This document shows, piece by piece, positions 7,938 through 16,571 of a DNA stretch of 64,000 nt (its first letter is position 1; every line of letters begins with the position of its first letter). The translations under genes and the position numbers were made by a program. Location: NCBI GenBank assembly GCA_023267595.1, contig JAHFNB010000002.1:87947-151946 (forward strand), in the 5' to 3' direction. The notes beneath the pieces are model-generated. The model was not told the origin of the DNA. It did not search any database and saw only the letters and a program-made list of their open reading frames with translations. Source of the stretch: a bacterium (GTDB lineage: Bacteria > Patescibacteriota > Minisyncoccia > Phycocordibacterales > UBA5272).

Positions 7938-9143
7938 ATGTCAATGTTTGGAAATATTTTTAATAAAAAAAGAGTGTATCTTGATAATGGAGGAGCAACG
8001 CCACTATCTGCGCGTGCAAAGCATGTATTTTTATCTGCGTTAGATATGTATGGGAATCCATCATCTATTTTTAAAGAAGGAATAGAGGCTGAGAAACGTT
8101 TAGACGAAGCACGAAAGAAAATTGGAATAGTTATCAATGCCCGTGCTTATGAAATATATTTTACAGGTTCTGGAACAGAGAGTTGTAACCTTGCAATCCT
8201 GGGGACATATTATGCATGGAAAAAGGATAATGAATACGCAACCCATTTACCGCATATTATTATTTCTTCTATTGAACATCCGGCAATCATGGAAGTAGCA
8301 AATTATTTGGCACTTAATTCTCTTGCAAATATTACCTATCTTCCTGTGTATGAAAATGGCATTGTAAAAGTACAAGATGTAAAAAATGCAATTACCAAAG
8401 AAACTATTTTAATAAGTGTGATGTATGCGAATAATGAAATAGGAACAATACAACCAATAAAAGAAATTGGGCGCATGCTTGAGGAATATAAAAAAGAAAA
8501 TAAAAGTGTCTATCCATTGTTTCATACTGATGCATGTCAGGCGGGGAATTATTTAAACCTAGATGTATTTCGTCTGAAAGTGGATATGATGACTATTAAT
8601 AGTAGTAAAGTATATGGTCCAAAAGGGATAGGTGTTTTATATAAAAAAGAAGGAGTAACTATTTCTTCTATTTCATTTGGTGGTGGACAAGAACGAGGAT
8701 TACGTAGTGGTACAGAATCAGTGGCACTGGCTATGTCATTTGCGGAAGCATTAACCGAGGCACAAGAACTACGAGAAAAAGAAAATGCACGCCTTACATT
8801 ACTGCGAGATACATTTAAAGAAATAGTAGAAAAAAGATTACCACAGATAGTATTTTATGGTGTATGGGATGAACGATTACCAAATAATATTAATTGCCGT
8901 ATTCCTGGTATATCTAGTGAAGAAATGATTGTACGATTAGATACAAAAGGATTTTCTGTGTCACATAAATCCGCGTGTGCATCACAAATAGAGGATAGTA
9001 GTTATGTGATCCGTGCACTTGGTGCAACAGAAAAAGAAGCAAAAGAAAATATACGTATCACCTTAGGAAGAGAAACAACAGAAGATAATTTAAAGAGATT
9101 AGTTGATGCTATAGAGGAGATTGTGAAGAAATACAGTCACTAG
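7938..9143 (+). CDS. cysteine desulfurase (NifS/IscS-like class V aminotransferase)
   Basis: 401 aa. PLP-lysine region INSSKVYGPKGIGVLY and overall class-V fold signature. Confidence 0.8.
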   Translation: MSMFGNIFNKKRVYLDNGGATPLSARAKHVFLSALDMYGNPSSIFKEGIEAEKRLDEARKKIGIVINARAYEIYFTGSGTESCNLAILGTYYAWKKDNEYATHLPHIIISSIEHPAIMEVANYLALNSLANITYLPVYENGIVKVQDVKNAITKETILISVMYANNEIGTIQPIKEIGRMLEEYKKENKSVYPLFHTDACQAGNYLNLDVFRLKVDMMTINSSKVYGPKGIGVLYKKEGVTISSISFGGGQERGLRSGTESVALAMSFAEALTEAQELREKENARLTLLRDTFKEIVEKRLPQIVFYGVWDERLPNNINCRIPGISSEEMIVRLDTKGFSVSHKSACASQIEDSSYVIRALGATEKEAKENIRITLGRETTEDNLKRLVDAIEEIVKKYSH

Positions 9144-9210
9144 TTACTAGTCACTCGTTTGTAGTTGTATTACACTAGTAACTATCAACTAGTAACTAAC
9201 AACTAACCAT

Positions 9211-9771
9211 ATGTATACTGCAAAAGATTTTTCACATTTATTAGGAATAACGGGAATGAGTGACGCACTGCTTACTAAGCATTTTACGTTGTATCAAGGA
9301 TATGTAACCAATACAAATAAGTTACTTGAATTATTAAAAACCAAAGAATCAGGGACACCAGAGTTTGCGGAATTACATCGTAGATTTGGTTGGGAATGGA
9401 ATGGTATGCGATTGCATGAACTTTATTTTGGAAATATGGTAAAGGGTGGAGTTGCTTTAAGTGAAAGGATCTTGAAGCAAAAAATTGAAGCGACATGGGG
9501 AACAGTTGAGAATTGGCAAAAAGAATTTATTGGCATGGGTGCTATGCGTGGTATCGGATGGGTTATTCTTGCTCATGATAAAAAAGATGGTGCATTATTT
9601 AATGTATGGGTAAATGAACATGATAGTGGACATTTGGCAGGGCTTACACCATTACTTGTGATGGATGTATTTGAACATGCTTTTATGCTTGATTATGGAT
9701 TAAAGCGTCCGGATTATATTGCTGCGTTTATGTCATCTATCGATTGGCATGCAGTAGAGGAAAGAATATAA
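9211..9771 (+). CDS. Fe/Mn superoxide dismutase-family protein (possibly non-canonical metal site)
   Basis: C-terminal DVFEHAFMLDYGLKRPDYIAAFMSSIDWHAV matches the SOD C-domain signature DVWEHAYYxxYxNxRPDY. The N-terminal HHxKHH region reads LLTKHF here. Confidence 0.6.
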   Translation: MYTAKDFSHLLGITGMSDALLTKHFTLYQGYVTNTNKLLELLKTKESGTPEFAELHRRFGWEWNGMRLHELYFGNMVKGGVALSERILKQKIEATWGTVENWQKEFIGMGAMRGIGWVILAHDKKDGALFNVWVNEHDSGHLAGLTPLLVMDVFEHAFMLDYGLKRPDYIAAFMSSIDWHAVEERI

Positions 9772-9810
9772 AAACAAAACGTGCGATCCTGCATGGATCG
9801 CACGTACTTC

Positions 9811-9996
9811 TTAGTTCTCGTCCTCTTTTTTTATAGGAGCACAGAGGGGATGTAAAATTTTGCCTTCGTGTCGCACGAAGGCTTGTCCACGTTTGAGGTG
9901 GTCTCCACACACACAAAACTCAGGTTCCCCACCTTTTTTTGGTTGGTATCCTGGAGGACATACTGCTCGCACACCATTTTCATTAGAAGAGTACAT
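9811..9996 (-). CDS. small Cys-rich hypothetical protein (61 aa)
   Basis: Cys pattern C-x30-CxC-x19-C resembling a zinc ribbon. Convergent with the SOD-like gene. Confidence 0.3.
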   Translation of the reverse strand: MYSSNENGVRAVCPPGYQPKKGGEPEFCVCGDHLKRGQAFVRHEGKILHPLCAPIKKEDEN

Positions 9997-10251
9997 TGTT
10001 CCCTCGTTATAGTACGATATGGTCCAAAATTAATTTATCATGTATATTATATTTGTCAAGTTGACTTAGGTATTTCATTTTGGCATTGTATATATATCCT
10101 GTATTGATTGCTTATCCACCACGAAAGAAAGGCTAAAATCTGTTACACTGTATATAGTATTTGAATTATTGTGAAAATGGTTTGTATGTATTGAATTTTT
10201 TTATTGTCTTTTCTATTAACTACAAACTAGTATCTATAAACTGTCCATTTT

Positions 10252-12948
10252 ATGCCTCCATCATTTAACAATTTCACCACAAAAGCAAAAGAGGTGATTC
10301 GTCGCGCTCATGAACTTGCAATTGAGCGTGGTCAGAATCAGGTATCCCCACTTCATTTGATGGGTGCTCTTCTTACACAAGAAGAATCTCTTGTACATGC
10401 AATCCTAGAGAGAATGGATATTGATTTAATACATCTTACGGATTCTATTGTGGATGCAATAGAAGTCCCGGGTGCATCTGCTACAATGTCTCCGTCGTAT
10501 CAGATGTATCTTACACCAGAACTAGCAGCAACATTGGAAAGTTCACTTAAGGTAGCACAATCACTTGGGGATGAATTTGTATCTACAGAACATTTGTTCT
10601 TAGCAGTGCTTGATACTCAAGGACAAGTGCGTGAAGTTCTTGCTCGTTTTCGTATCGATAGAGATGCGGCATATCATATATTAGAAGAACTTCGTTCACA
10701 GAATATTACTGAAGCACAAGGTCCGAAGAAAAATAAAGCCCTCGCAAAATATACACGTAATTTTACTGATCTTGCTCGTGCAGATAAATTAGATCCAGTT
10801 ATTGGACGTGATACAGAAATCATGCGACTTATGCAGATTCTTTCTCGTCGTACAAAAAATAATCCGATATTAATCGGAGAAGCAGGTGTGGGAAAGACAG
10901 CCGTTGTTGAAGGACTCGCAATTCGTATGGCACGAGGGGATGTACCAGAGAGTTTAAAAGATAAGGAACTTGTATCACTTGATTTAGGGACACTCATTGC
11001 AGGAACAAAATTTCGTGGAGAATTCGAAGAGCGATTAAAAGCAATTATGAAAGAAATTGAACGCTCAGCAGGAGGTATTATTTTATTTATTGATGAAATA
11101 CATACAATTGTTGGTGCAGGAGCAACAGAAGGGTCAGCAGATGCTGCAAACTTACTTAAACCTGCGCTTTCTCGAGGTGAACTTCGTGCAATAGGTGCAA
11201 CAACCTTAAAAGAATATCAAAAATATATTGAAAAAGATCCTGCACTTGCTAGACGTTTTCAACCTGTCTTTATAGAAGAGCCAAGTGAAGAAGATGCGCT
11301 TGCTATTTTGCGTGGTCTTAAAGAAAAATATGAACTATTCCACGGTGTTCGTATTACTGATAATGCACTTATCTCTGCAGTAAATCTCTCAACTCGTTAT
11401 ATTACGTCACGATTTTTACCAGATAAAGCAATTGATCTTATTGATGAAGCAGGGTCTGCACTTCGTATTGCACTTGAAAATAAACCTCCTATTTTAGATG
11501 AAGCACATAGAAAAATTATGCGTCTTGAAATTGAAAAAGAAGCACTTACCAAAGAATTGGTCACATCAGAAGGAGATACTGATGCTTCAACAAAGAAGCG
11601 TATTACAATTATTGAAGAAGAAATTGCAAATGTAAAAGAACGTACCCGCGAACTAGAACTTAAGTGGAAAAATGAAAAAAAGACACTTACTGAAATTGGA
11701 GAAATAAAAAAATCTCTTGAGTCACTTCGTACTGAGGCGGATAATGCTGAACTTCGTGCAGACTTAACACGTGTAGCAGAAATTCGTTATGGACAAATTC
11801 CAGATTTAACAAAAGAATTACATGAACGATTTGAAAAGTTAAAAAAATTGCAAAAGACTCGTAGAATACTTCGTGAAGAAATTACAGAAGAAGACATTGC
11901 CGGCGTGGTTGCAAAGTGGACAGGTATTCCTGTTGCTCGTATGCTTGAAGAAGAACAAGAAAAGTTATCACGCATGGAAGAAGAATTAGGAAAGCGTGTT
12001 GTTGCACAACGTGAAGCAATAGAAAAAGTCTCTGGTGCGGTACGAAGAAGTCGCGCAGGAATCAATGATCCATCTCGTCCTATTGGTTCCTTTATGTTCT
12101 TGGGTCCAACAGGAGTTGGAAAAACAGAACTTACCAAGGCACTTGCCGAGTTTATGTTTAATGATGAAAAAGCACTCATTAAAGTAGACATGAGTGAATA
12201 CATGGAAAAACACTCAACATCAAAGTTGATTGGTTCACCACCAGGATATGTTGGATATGAAGAATCAGGACAGTTAACAGAAGCAGTACGTCATCGACCA
12301 TACGCAGTAATTTTATTTGATGAAATAGAAAAAGCACATCCAGAAGTATTTAACCTTCTCCTTCAAGTTCTTGATGAAGGACGTCTTACAGATAGTAAGG
12401 GGCGTATTGTTAATTTCAAAAATACTATTATTGTAATGACTTCAAATATCGGTAGTCAGTATATTCAAAAGATGGAACAAATGGGATTTGTTAATCAAGT
12501 AGCAGGAGGTGAATATACACAGGTCAAAGAGCGTGTTATGGAAGCACTTAAAGATTTCTTTAAGCCAGAGTTTTTAAATCGGCTAGATGAAACAATTATT
12601 TTTGATGTACTTTCAAAAGAGGAAATCAAACATATTGTTGGGTTGCAGGTTGCATCACTTGCAAAGCGAATCTTGGAAAAAGATATTGTTTTAGAAGTAA
12701 GTAATAATGCAATTGCGTATATTACAGAAAAATCATATGATCCACATTTCGGTGCACGACCAATCAAGCGATTCATGCAAACACATATTTTAAATAAGGT
12801 TGCAACGATGATGCTTTCAAAGAAGTTTATGAAAGGTAGTGTTGCGTATGTAGATCTAGATAAAAAAGGTGAATTACAAGTTGAAGCAAGAAAACCAAAA
12901 AAGATTGTAAGTCCAATGACCAAAAAGGAAGTTATGACGAAGAAGTAG
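10252..12948 (+). CDS. clpB: ATP-dependent chaperone ClpB
   Basis: 898 aa. Clp N-domain, two AAA+ modules (GEAGVGKTA..., [10 protein letters not shown]), a long coiled-coil middle domain and a ClpB C-terminus. Confidence 0.95.
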   Translation: MPPSFNNFTTKAKEVIRRAHELAIERGQNQVSPLHLMGALLTQEESLVHAILERMDIDLIHLTDSIVDAIEVPGASATMSPSYQMYLTPELAATLESSLKVAQSLGDEFVSTEHLFLAVLDTQGQVREVLARFRIDRDAAYHILEELRSQNITEAQGPKKNKALAKYTRNFTDLARADKLDPVIGRDTEIMRLMQILSRRTKNNPILIGEAGVGKTAVVEGLAIRMARGDVPESLKDKELVSLDLGTLIAGTKFRGEFEERLKAIMKEIERSAGGIILFIDEIHTIVGAGATEGSADAANLLKPALSRGELRAIGATTLKEYQKYIEKDPALARRFQPVFIEEPSEEDALAILRGLKEKYELFHGVRITDNALISAVNLSTRYITSRFLPDKAIDLIDEAGSALRIALENKPPILDEAHRKIMRLEIEKEALTKELVTSEGDTDASTKKRITIIEEEIANVKERTRELELKWKNEKKTLTEIGEIKKSLESLRTEADNAELRADLTRVAEIRYGQIPDLTKELHERFEKLKKLQKTRRILREEITEEDIAGVVAKWTGIPVARMLEEEQEKLSRMEEELGKRVVAQREAIEKVSGAVRRSRAGINDPSRPIGSFMFLGPTGVGKTELTKALAEFMFNDEKALIKVDMSEYMEKHSTSKLIGSPPGYVGYEESGQLTEAVRHRPYAVILFDEIEKAHPEVFNLLLQVLDEGRLTDSKGRIVNFKNTIIVMTSNIGSQYIQKMEQMGFVNQVAGGEYTQVKERVMEALKDFFKPEFLNRLDETIIFDVLSKEEIKHIVGLQVASLAKRILEKDIVLEVSNNAIAYITEKSYDPHFGARPIKRFMQTHILNKVATMMLSKKFMKGSVAYVDLDKKGELQVEARKPKKIVSPMTKKEVMTKK

Positions 12949-12956
12949 AAATATAA

Positions 12957-12973
12957 GTGCGCCGGGCTGGATT
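12957..12973. repeat. 17-nt direct repeat gtgcgccgggctggatt (left copy; putative attL, a duplicate of the tRNA-Tyr 3' end)
   Basis: Exact match to 35948..35964, which is the 3'-terminal 16 nt of the minus-strand tRNA-Tyr. Confidence 0.7.
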
Positions 12974-13083
12974 AGGTCACAAAACTACCTCCTCATAAAT
13001 TCGTCGGAGATAGTTTCGCAACCCCGTATTCAAATCCAGACGTACATGACGCAGGTCATGTACTCCTAATGAATATAACCAAA

Positions 13084-13116
13084 AGAAAAAACTGGGGAGA
13101 ACCCAGTTTTTTCTTT
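13084..13116. terminator. bidirectional intrinsic terminator (A-run, actgggg-agaa-cccagt, T-run)
   Basis: aaaaaactggggagaacccagttttttctttt, about 140 nt downstream of clpB. Confidence 0.55.
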
Positions 13117-13484
13117 TGGTGCGCAGTAATAGAAGATGTTAGAACCGAGTTAATGAAGTCGGATACTATTCCTTATATACCTAATCTTAGCATGTGGGCA
13201 CAAAAAGTATAATTTACCCCACAGAAGCGAACACTATATAGACGCCCCTATACCCCCCGACTAGTTACCTTTCATCTTTCGATAACCTGGTAATGAGCGA
13301 TGGTACATACGGGGCATACCCCCCGATGTTGATCCCCGTACCGGTGGAAATAAGCCGATACATAACTTCATGTAAATAAACATACACTCTCGAACTTCGG
13401 AGGTACCCCATACCCCAACTTTTCCAAAGAAATTAATTTCCTAAAATCTGATTTAAATTTTTTATTTTTTTCCACTTGTCTAAT

Positions 13485-13498
13485 ACCCCCTAGGGGGT
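13485..13498. promoter_or_regulatory. putative CsoR operator: perfect 14-bp GC-rich palindrome accccctagggggt within the csoR promoter
   Basis: Located between -35-like ttgtct and -10-like tatact elements, 15 nt upstream of the csoR ATG. Resembles known CsoR operators (ATACCC...GGGTAT type). Confidence 0.5.
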
Positions 13499-13512
13499 GT
13501 ATACTACTAAAC

Positions 13513-13776
13513 ATGCAAAGTCATGATCCAAAACTAGTTAGACGTTTAAAGATTATTGAAGGCCAAGTGCGAGGGTTGCGCGAAATGGTAGAAAGAGGAG
13601 AATATTGCGTTGATGTTATAACGCAAAGCTCAGCTATAAAACAAGGTATATCAAATGTGGAGGATATTCTTTTGAAGAGCCATCTTTCAACATGTGTGGT
13701 AAAGCAAGTAAAAGAAGGTAATTCTGGGAAGGCTGTGGATGAGGTGCTTAAAATTTACCAACTAAAAAGAAAGTAA
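13513..13776 (+). CDS. csoR: CsoR/RcnR-family metal-sensing transcriptional repressor
   Basis: 87 aa. RLKIIEGQVRGLREMVERGEYCVDVITQSSAI is the DUF156/CsoR signature and includes the Cys metal ligand. Confidence 0.8.
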   Translation: MQSHDPKLVRRLKIIEGQVRGLREMVERGEYCVDVITQSSAIKQGISNVEDILLKSHLSTCVVKQVKEGNSGKAVDEVLKIYQLKRK

Positions 13777-14981
13777 TGAACTGCCCCATTTGTACAACTA
13801 GCATTGAAGTCAATTACAAGGAATTAAATGAAAGATGTCTTTGTGGTGATGCAAACACTCAGTCACTATATGCTAATTTCTCTTCACATTCACCAGTTTT
13901 TATCTCTCAAAAGATAGAAGAGAACATACAAGAAGCTATTTCTGTTATAGAAAAAGTAGTACATGGTGATTCCTTTAAAAAATCTCTTATAAAAGACTCT
14001 TTATTAAGTGTGAAAAATAGTGATGGTGGTATTTTATCGTGTTACGATTTTCATCTTGTTGGAGAAACTCCAAAGCTAATTGAAATTAACACAAACGCTG
14101 GTGGTTTTTTCTTAAACTATGAATTACTAAAAAGTTCCACAATTTGTTGCAGTCACACACAGGGACAAAATATAGAGAACTTGGAAGAGAAGATAGTTTC
14201 CATGTTCAAGAACGAATTCAAAAAAAATAGCGATAAAAAACTAGAGACGGTGGCAGTTATTGATGAAAATCCTGAAACTCAGTACCTTTATCCTGATTTT
14301 GTCATTTGTAAGAATATATTAGAAAAAAATGGAATCAAAACTTTTATTTTAAATTCTAAGGATCTACAGATTATTGATGGCACTGCGGTATACGATGGAA
14401 TTACTATCGATTTGATTTATAACAGATTAACAGATTTTTATTTCAAGAACGAAGAAAACCAAAAGTTTATTCCACTTCTAAAAAGCAAGACAACTGTTAT
14501 TTCCCCTAATCCAAATGATTATATTTTGTTCGCTAATAAAGCTAATTTACCATTTCTTCAAAATGAAGATGTTTATAAAGATGTTTTGTCACACAACGAA
14601 ATTGATACACTTAAAAAAACTCTTTTAGAGACGACAATGGTCAACAAAGACACAGCGGAATATCTCTGGGAAAATAGAAAGAAATATTTTTTTAAACCTA
14701 TCAACGGGTACGGTGGAAAAGGTGCTTATAACGGGAAAGGATTAACAAAAAAGGTCTGGGAGTATATTAGTTCTAACAGCTACATTGCCCAAGAAACTAT
14801 TCCTGCAAATACAAAGAATAAACAAATAGATGGGAAGGAGGAATCGTTTAAATTTGATATTAGGGCTTATACATATCAAGGTACTATTTTGCTTCTTGGA
14901 GCACGAGTATATCAAGGGCAGACAACAAATTTTAGAACCTTAGGTGGTGGGTTTGGATCTGTGTTTATTACAGAAAATTAA
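13776..14981 (+). CDS. hypothetical protein with N-terminal CxxC...CxC zinc-ribbon-like motif and possible ATP-grasp-like C-terminal region
   Basis: 401 aa. CPICTT...CLCGD at the N-terminus. C-terminus INGYGGKGAYNGKG...RAYTYQGTILLLGARV is loosely ATP-grasp-like, assigned from memory only. Confidence 0.35.
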   Translation: MNCPICTTSIEVNYKELNERCLCGDANTQSLYANFSSHSPVFISQKIEENIQEAISVIEKVVHGDSFKKSLIKDSLLSVKNSDGGILSCYDFHLVGETPKLIEINTNAGGFFLNYELLKSSTICCSHTQGQNIENLEEKIVSMFKNEFKKNSDKKLETVAVIDENPETQYLYPDFVICKNILEKNGIKTFILNSKDLQIIDGTAVYDGITIDLIYNRLTDFYFKNEENQKFIPLLKSKTTVISPNPNDYILFANKANLPFLQNEDVYKDVLSHNEIDTLKKTLLETTMVNKDTAEYLWENRKKYFFKPINGYGGKGAYNGKGLTKKVWEYISSNSYIAQETIPANTKNKQIDGKEESFKFDIRAYTYQGTILLLGARVYQGQTTNFRTLGGGFGSVFITEN

Positions 14982-14993
14982 TAGAGAAAATAT

Positions 14994-15602
14994 ATGAATA
15001 ACAATATACAAAAGCAAAAGTGTGAATTATGTAAGATGGAGTCAACACATTCTGAAAAGGATACACATGGAATAATTCATTATTTTTGCCAACATCACTC
15101 GCTTAAGCCTTCGGTAGTTAAAGCAAAAAATAAATACAAAGAACTTTTACCTCTCCTGTATGTTTTTCTTGTAATACTTGCCCTATCCTCAGTTAGACAG
15201 ATAGCTTTCGGTGTAAACCCAATGATATTTATGATGGATTTTATGGGAGTCTTTTTCATAGTGTTTGGGCTTTTAAAATTAATAGACTTGAAAGGTTTTG
15301 TCGATGGTTTTCAAGCGTATGACCTTATCGCTAAAAGGTATCGAATTTATGGTTACAGTTATCCCTTTATAGAAATAGTCCTTGGAGGAATGTACTTACT
15401 TGGCATCATGTTTTTGTGGCAAAATATTCTCGTCGTGATCTTAACGTCTATAGGTATATACACAGCTTACAAGTCCATCAATCATGAAGATGAAATTCGT
15501 TGTGTCTGCCTTGGAACTTTGTTTGACCTACCTATGACATGGGTTACTTTTTTTGAAAATACTCTTATGCTCTTGATGGTTATTTTTATGATTATCATGT
15601 GA
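14994..15602 (+). CDS. MauE/DoxX-like membrane protein with N-terminal Cys/His metal-binding motif
   Basis: CELC...HYFCQHH N-terminus followed by 4-5 predicted TM helices. Confidence 0.4.
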   Translation: MNNNIQKQKCELCKMESTHSEKDTHGIIHYFCQHHSLKPSVVKAKNKYKELLPLLYVFLVILALSSVRQIAFGVNPMIFMMDFMGVFFIVFGLLKLIDLKGFVDGFQAYDLIAKRYRIYGYSYPFIEIVLGGMYLLGIMFLWQNILVVILTSIGIYTAYKSINHEDEIRCVCLGTLFDLPMTWVTFFENTLMLLMVIFMIIM

Positions 15603-15644
15603 TACTCATAAAAATTAAAAATTAATTACTATAACTCTAACTAT

Positions 15645-16082
15645 ATGAAAAATAATACAATTTTTGGTGGAGCAATCGTTTCTGTGCTTCTTGGTCTCTT
15701 TATCGGATATGCGGTTTGGGGGAATAAGGCAATGGATAATAACATGAATATGAATATGGGGATGTCACAAAAAACTGGAGGACATATGATGCCAGATGGA
15801 ACTGTGATGGGAGGTATGGGGAGTACGATGTCTATGGAAAGTATGATGACAGGTATGATGGCTAATTTAAAAGGTAAAACAGGCAATGAATTTGATAAAG
15901 CATTTCTAACTGAAATGGTTATGCATCACGAAGGGGCTGTTGTAATGGCACAAGCTGTTCTTACTTCCACAGATCGGCCAGAGCTAAAAAAGCTAGCCAA
16001 TGAAATTATTGTTGCTCAGAATAAGGAAGTTAGTCAAATGCGGGCATGGTATAAAATGTGGTTTGGGACTGAATTAAAATAA
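15645..16082 (+). CDS. DUF305-family protein with Met-rich segment (copper-resistance associated)
   Basis: NEFDKAFLTEMVMHHEGAVVMAQ...KKLANEIIVAQNKEVSQMRAWY are DUF305 signatures. MNMNMGM/MGGMGSTMSMESMMTGMM is a methionine-rich putative Cu(I) motif. N-terminal TM segment. Confidence 0.8.
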   Translation: MKNNTIFGGAIVSVLLGLFIGYAVWGNKAMDNNMNMNMGMSQKTGGHMMPDGTVMGGMGSTMSMESMMTGMMANLKGKTGNEFDKAFLTEMVMHHEGAVVMAQAVLTSTDRPELKKLANEIIVAQNKEVSQMRAWYKMWFGTELK

Positions 16083-16117
16083 TTATAAATTAAGATACTT
16101 TATCAATAAATAAAAAT

Positions 16118-16339
16118 ATGAAACTATCAAAAGTATTACACGTAGGAAGTGTTATCGTTGGACTCATTGGAGTAATTACATTCATAGGAACTCTTATTGG
16201 AGGAGGCGATAACTTGGTATTCGGAGTTACAAAAATGGATGGCCTCGCATGTGCCGGACTCCTTATCCTTATTGCAACTTGGCTCCAAGTTGGAACTATT
16301 CACCACATGATGCTTGAGAAGCGTGGAGAAATTGTTTAA
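16118..16339 (+). CDS. small membrane protein (73 aa)
   Basis: Two predicted TM helices. Lies within the metal-resistance gene string. Confidence 0.4.
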   Translation: MKLSKVLHVGSVIVGLIGVITFIGTLIGGGDNLVFGVTKMDGLACAGLLILIATWLQVGTIHHMMLEKRGEIV

Positions 16340-16352
16340 CCAACATAATTAT

Positions 16353-16571
16353 ATGGAACACACTCACGAATCTGCGAGCAATACATTTTCAAGAAAGACC
16401 TGGTGGATAGTCTTCGCCATTGGTCTTGTCGGATTGGTATTTCTTCTAAGGGATCACACATCGCACGTTTTCTCAGTTCTGCCATTTCTCATTCTTCTGG
16501 CATGTCCCTTGATGCATCTCTTTATGCACAAAGGTCATGACGGCCACGATCACGGATCAGAAAATAAATAA
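16353..16571 (+). CDS. DUF2933-like small membrane protein with His-rich C-terminus
   Basis: One TM segment plus HLFMHKGHDGHDHGSE. Such proteins commonly precede P1B ATPases. Start set at the internal ATG MEHTHES to avoid overlap with the upstream ORF. Confidence 0.45.
   Translation: MEHTHESASNTFSRKTWWIVFAIGLVGLVFLLRDHTSHVFSVLPFLILLACPLMHLFMHKGHDGHDHGSENK

Noticed and set aside
7856-8137. 93-aa minus ORF spanning the cysteine desulfurase start
   Set aside because: It overlaps the desulfurase start and the GC-rich terminator. No motif. Likely spurious.
10674-10997. Antisense ORFs inside clpB (10674..10997, 11787..12203, 11986..12213, 12495..12923 minus)
   Set aside because: They lie fully inside, and antisense to, a strongly supported conserved gene. 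They are low-complexity Ser/Ile-rich translations typical of shadow ORFs.
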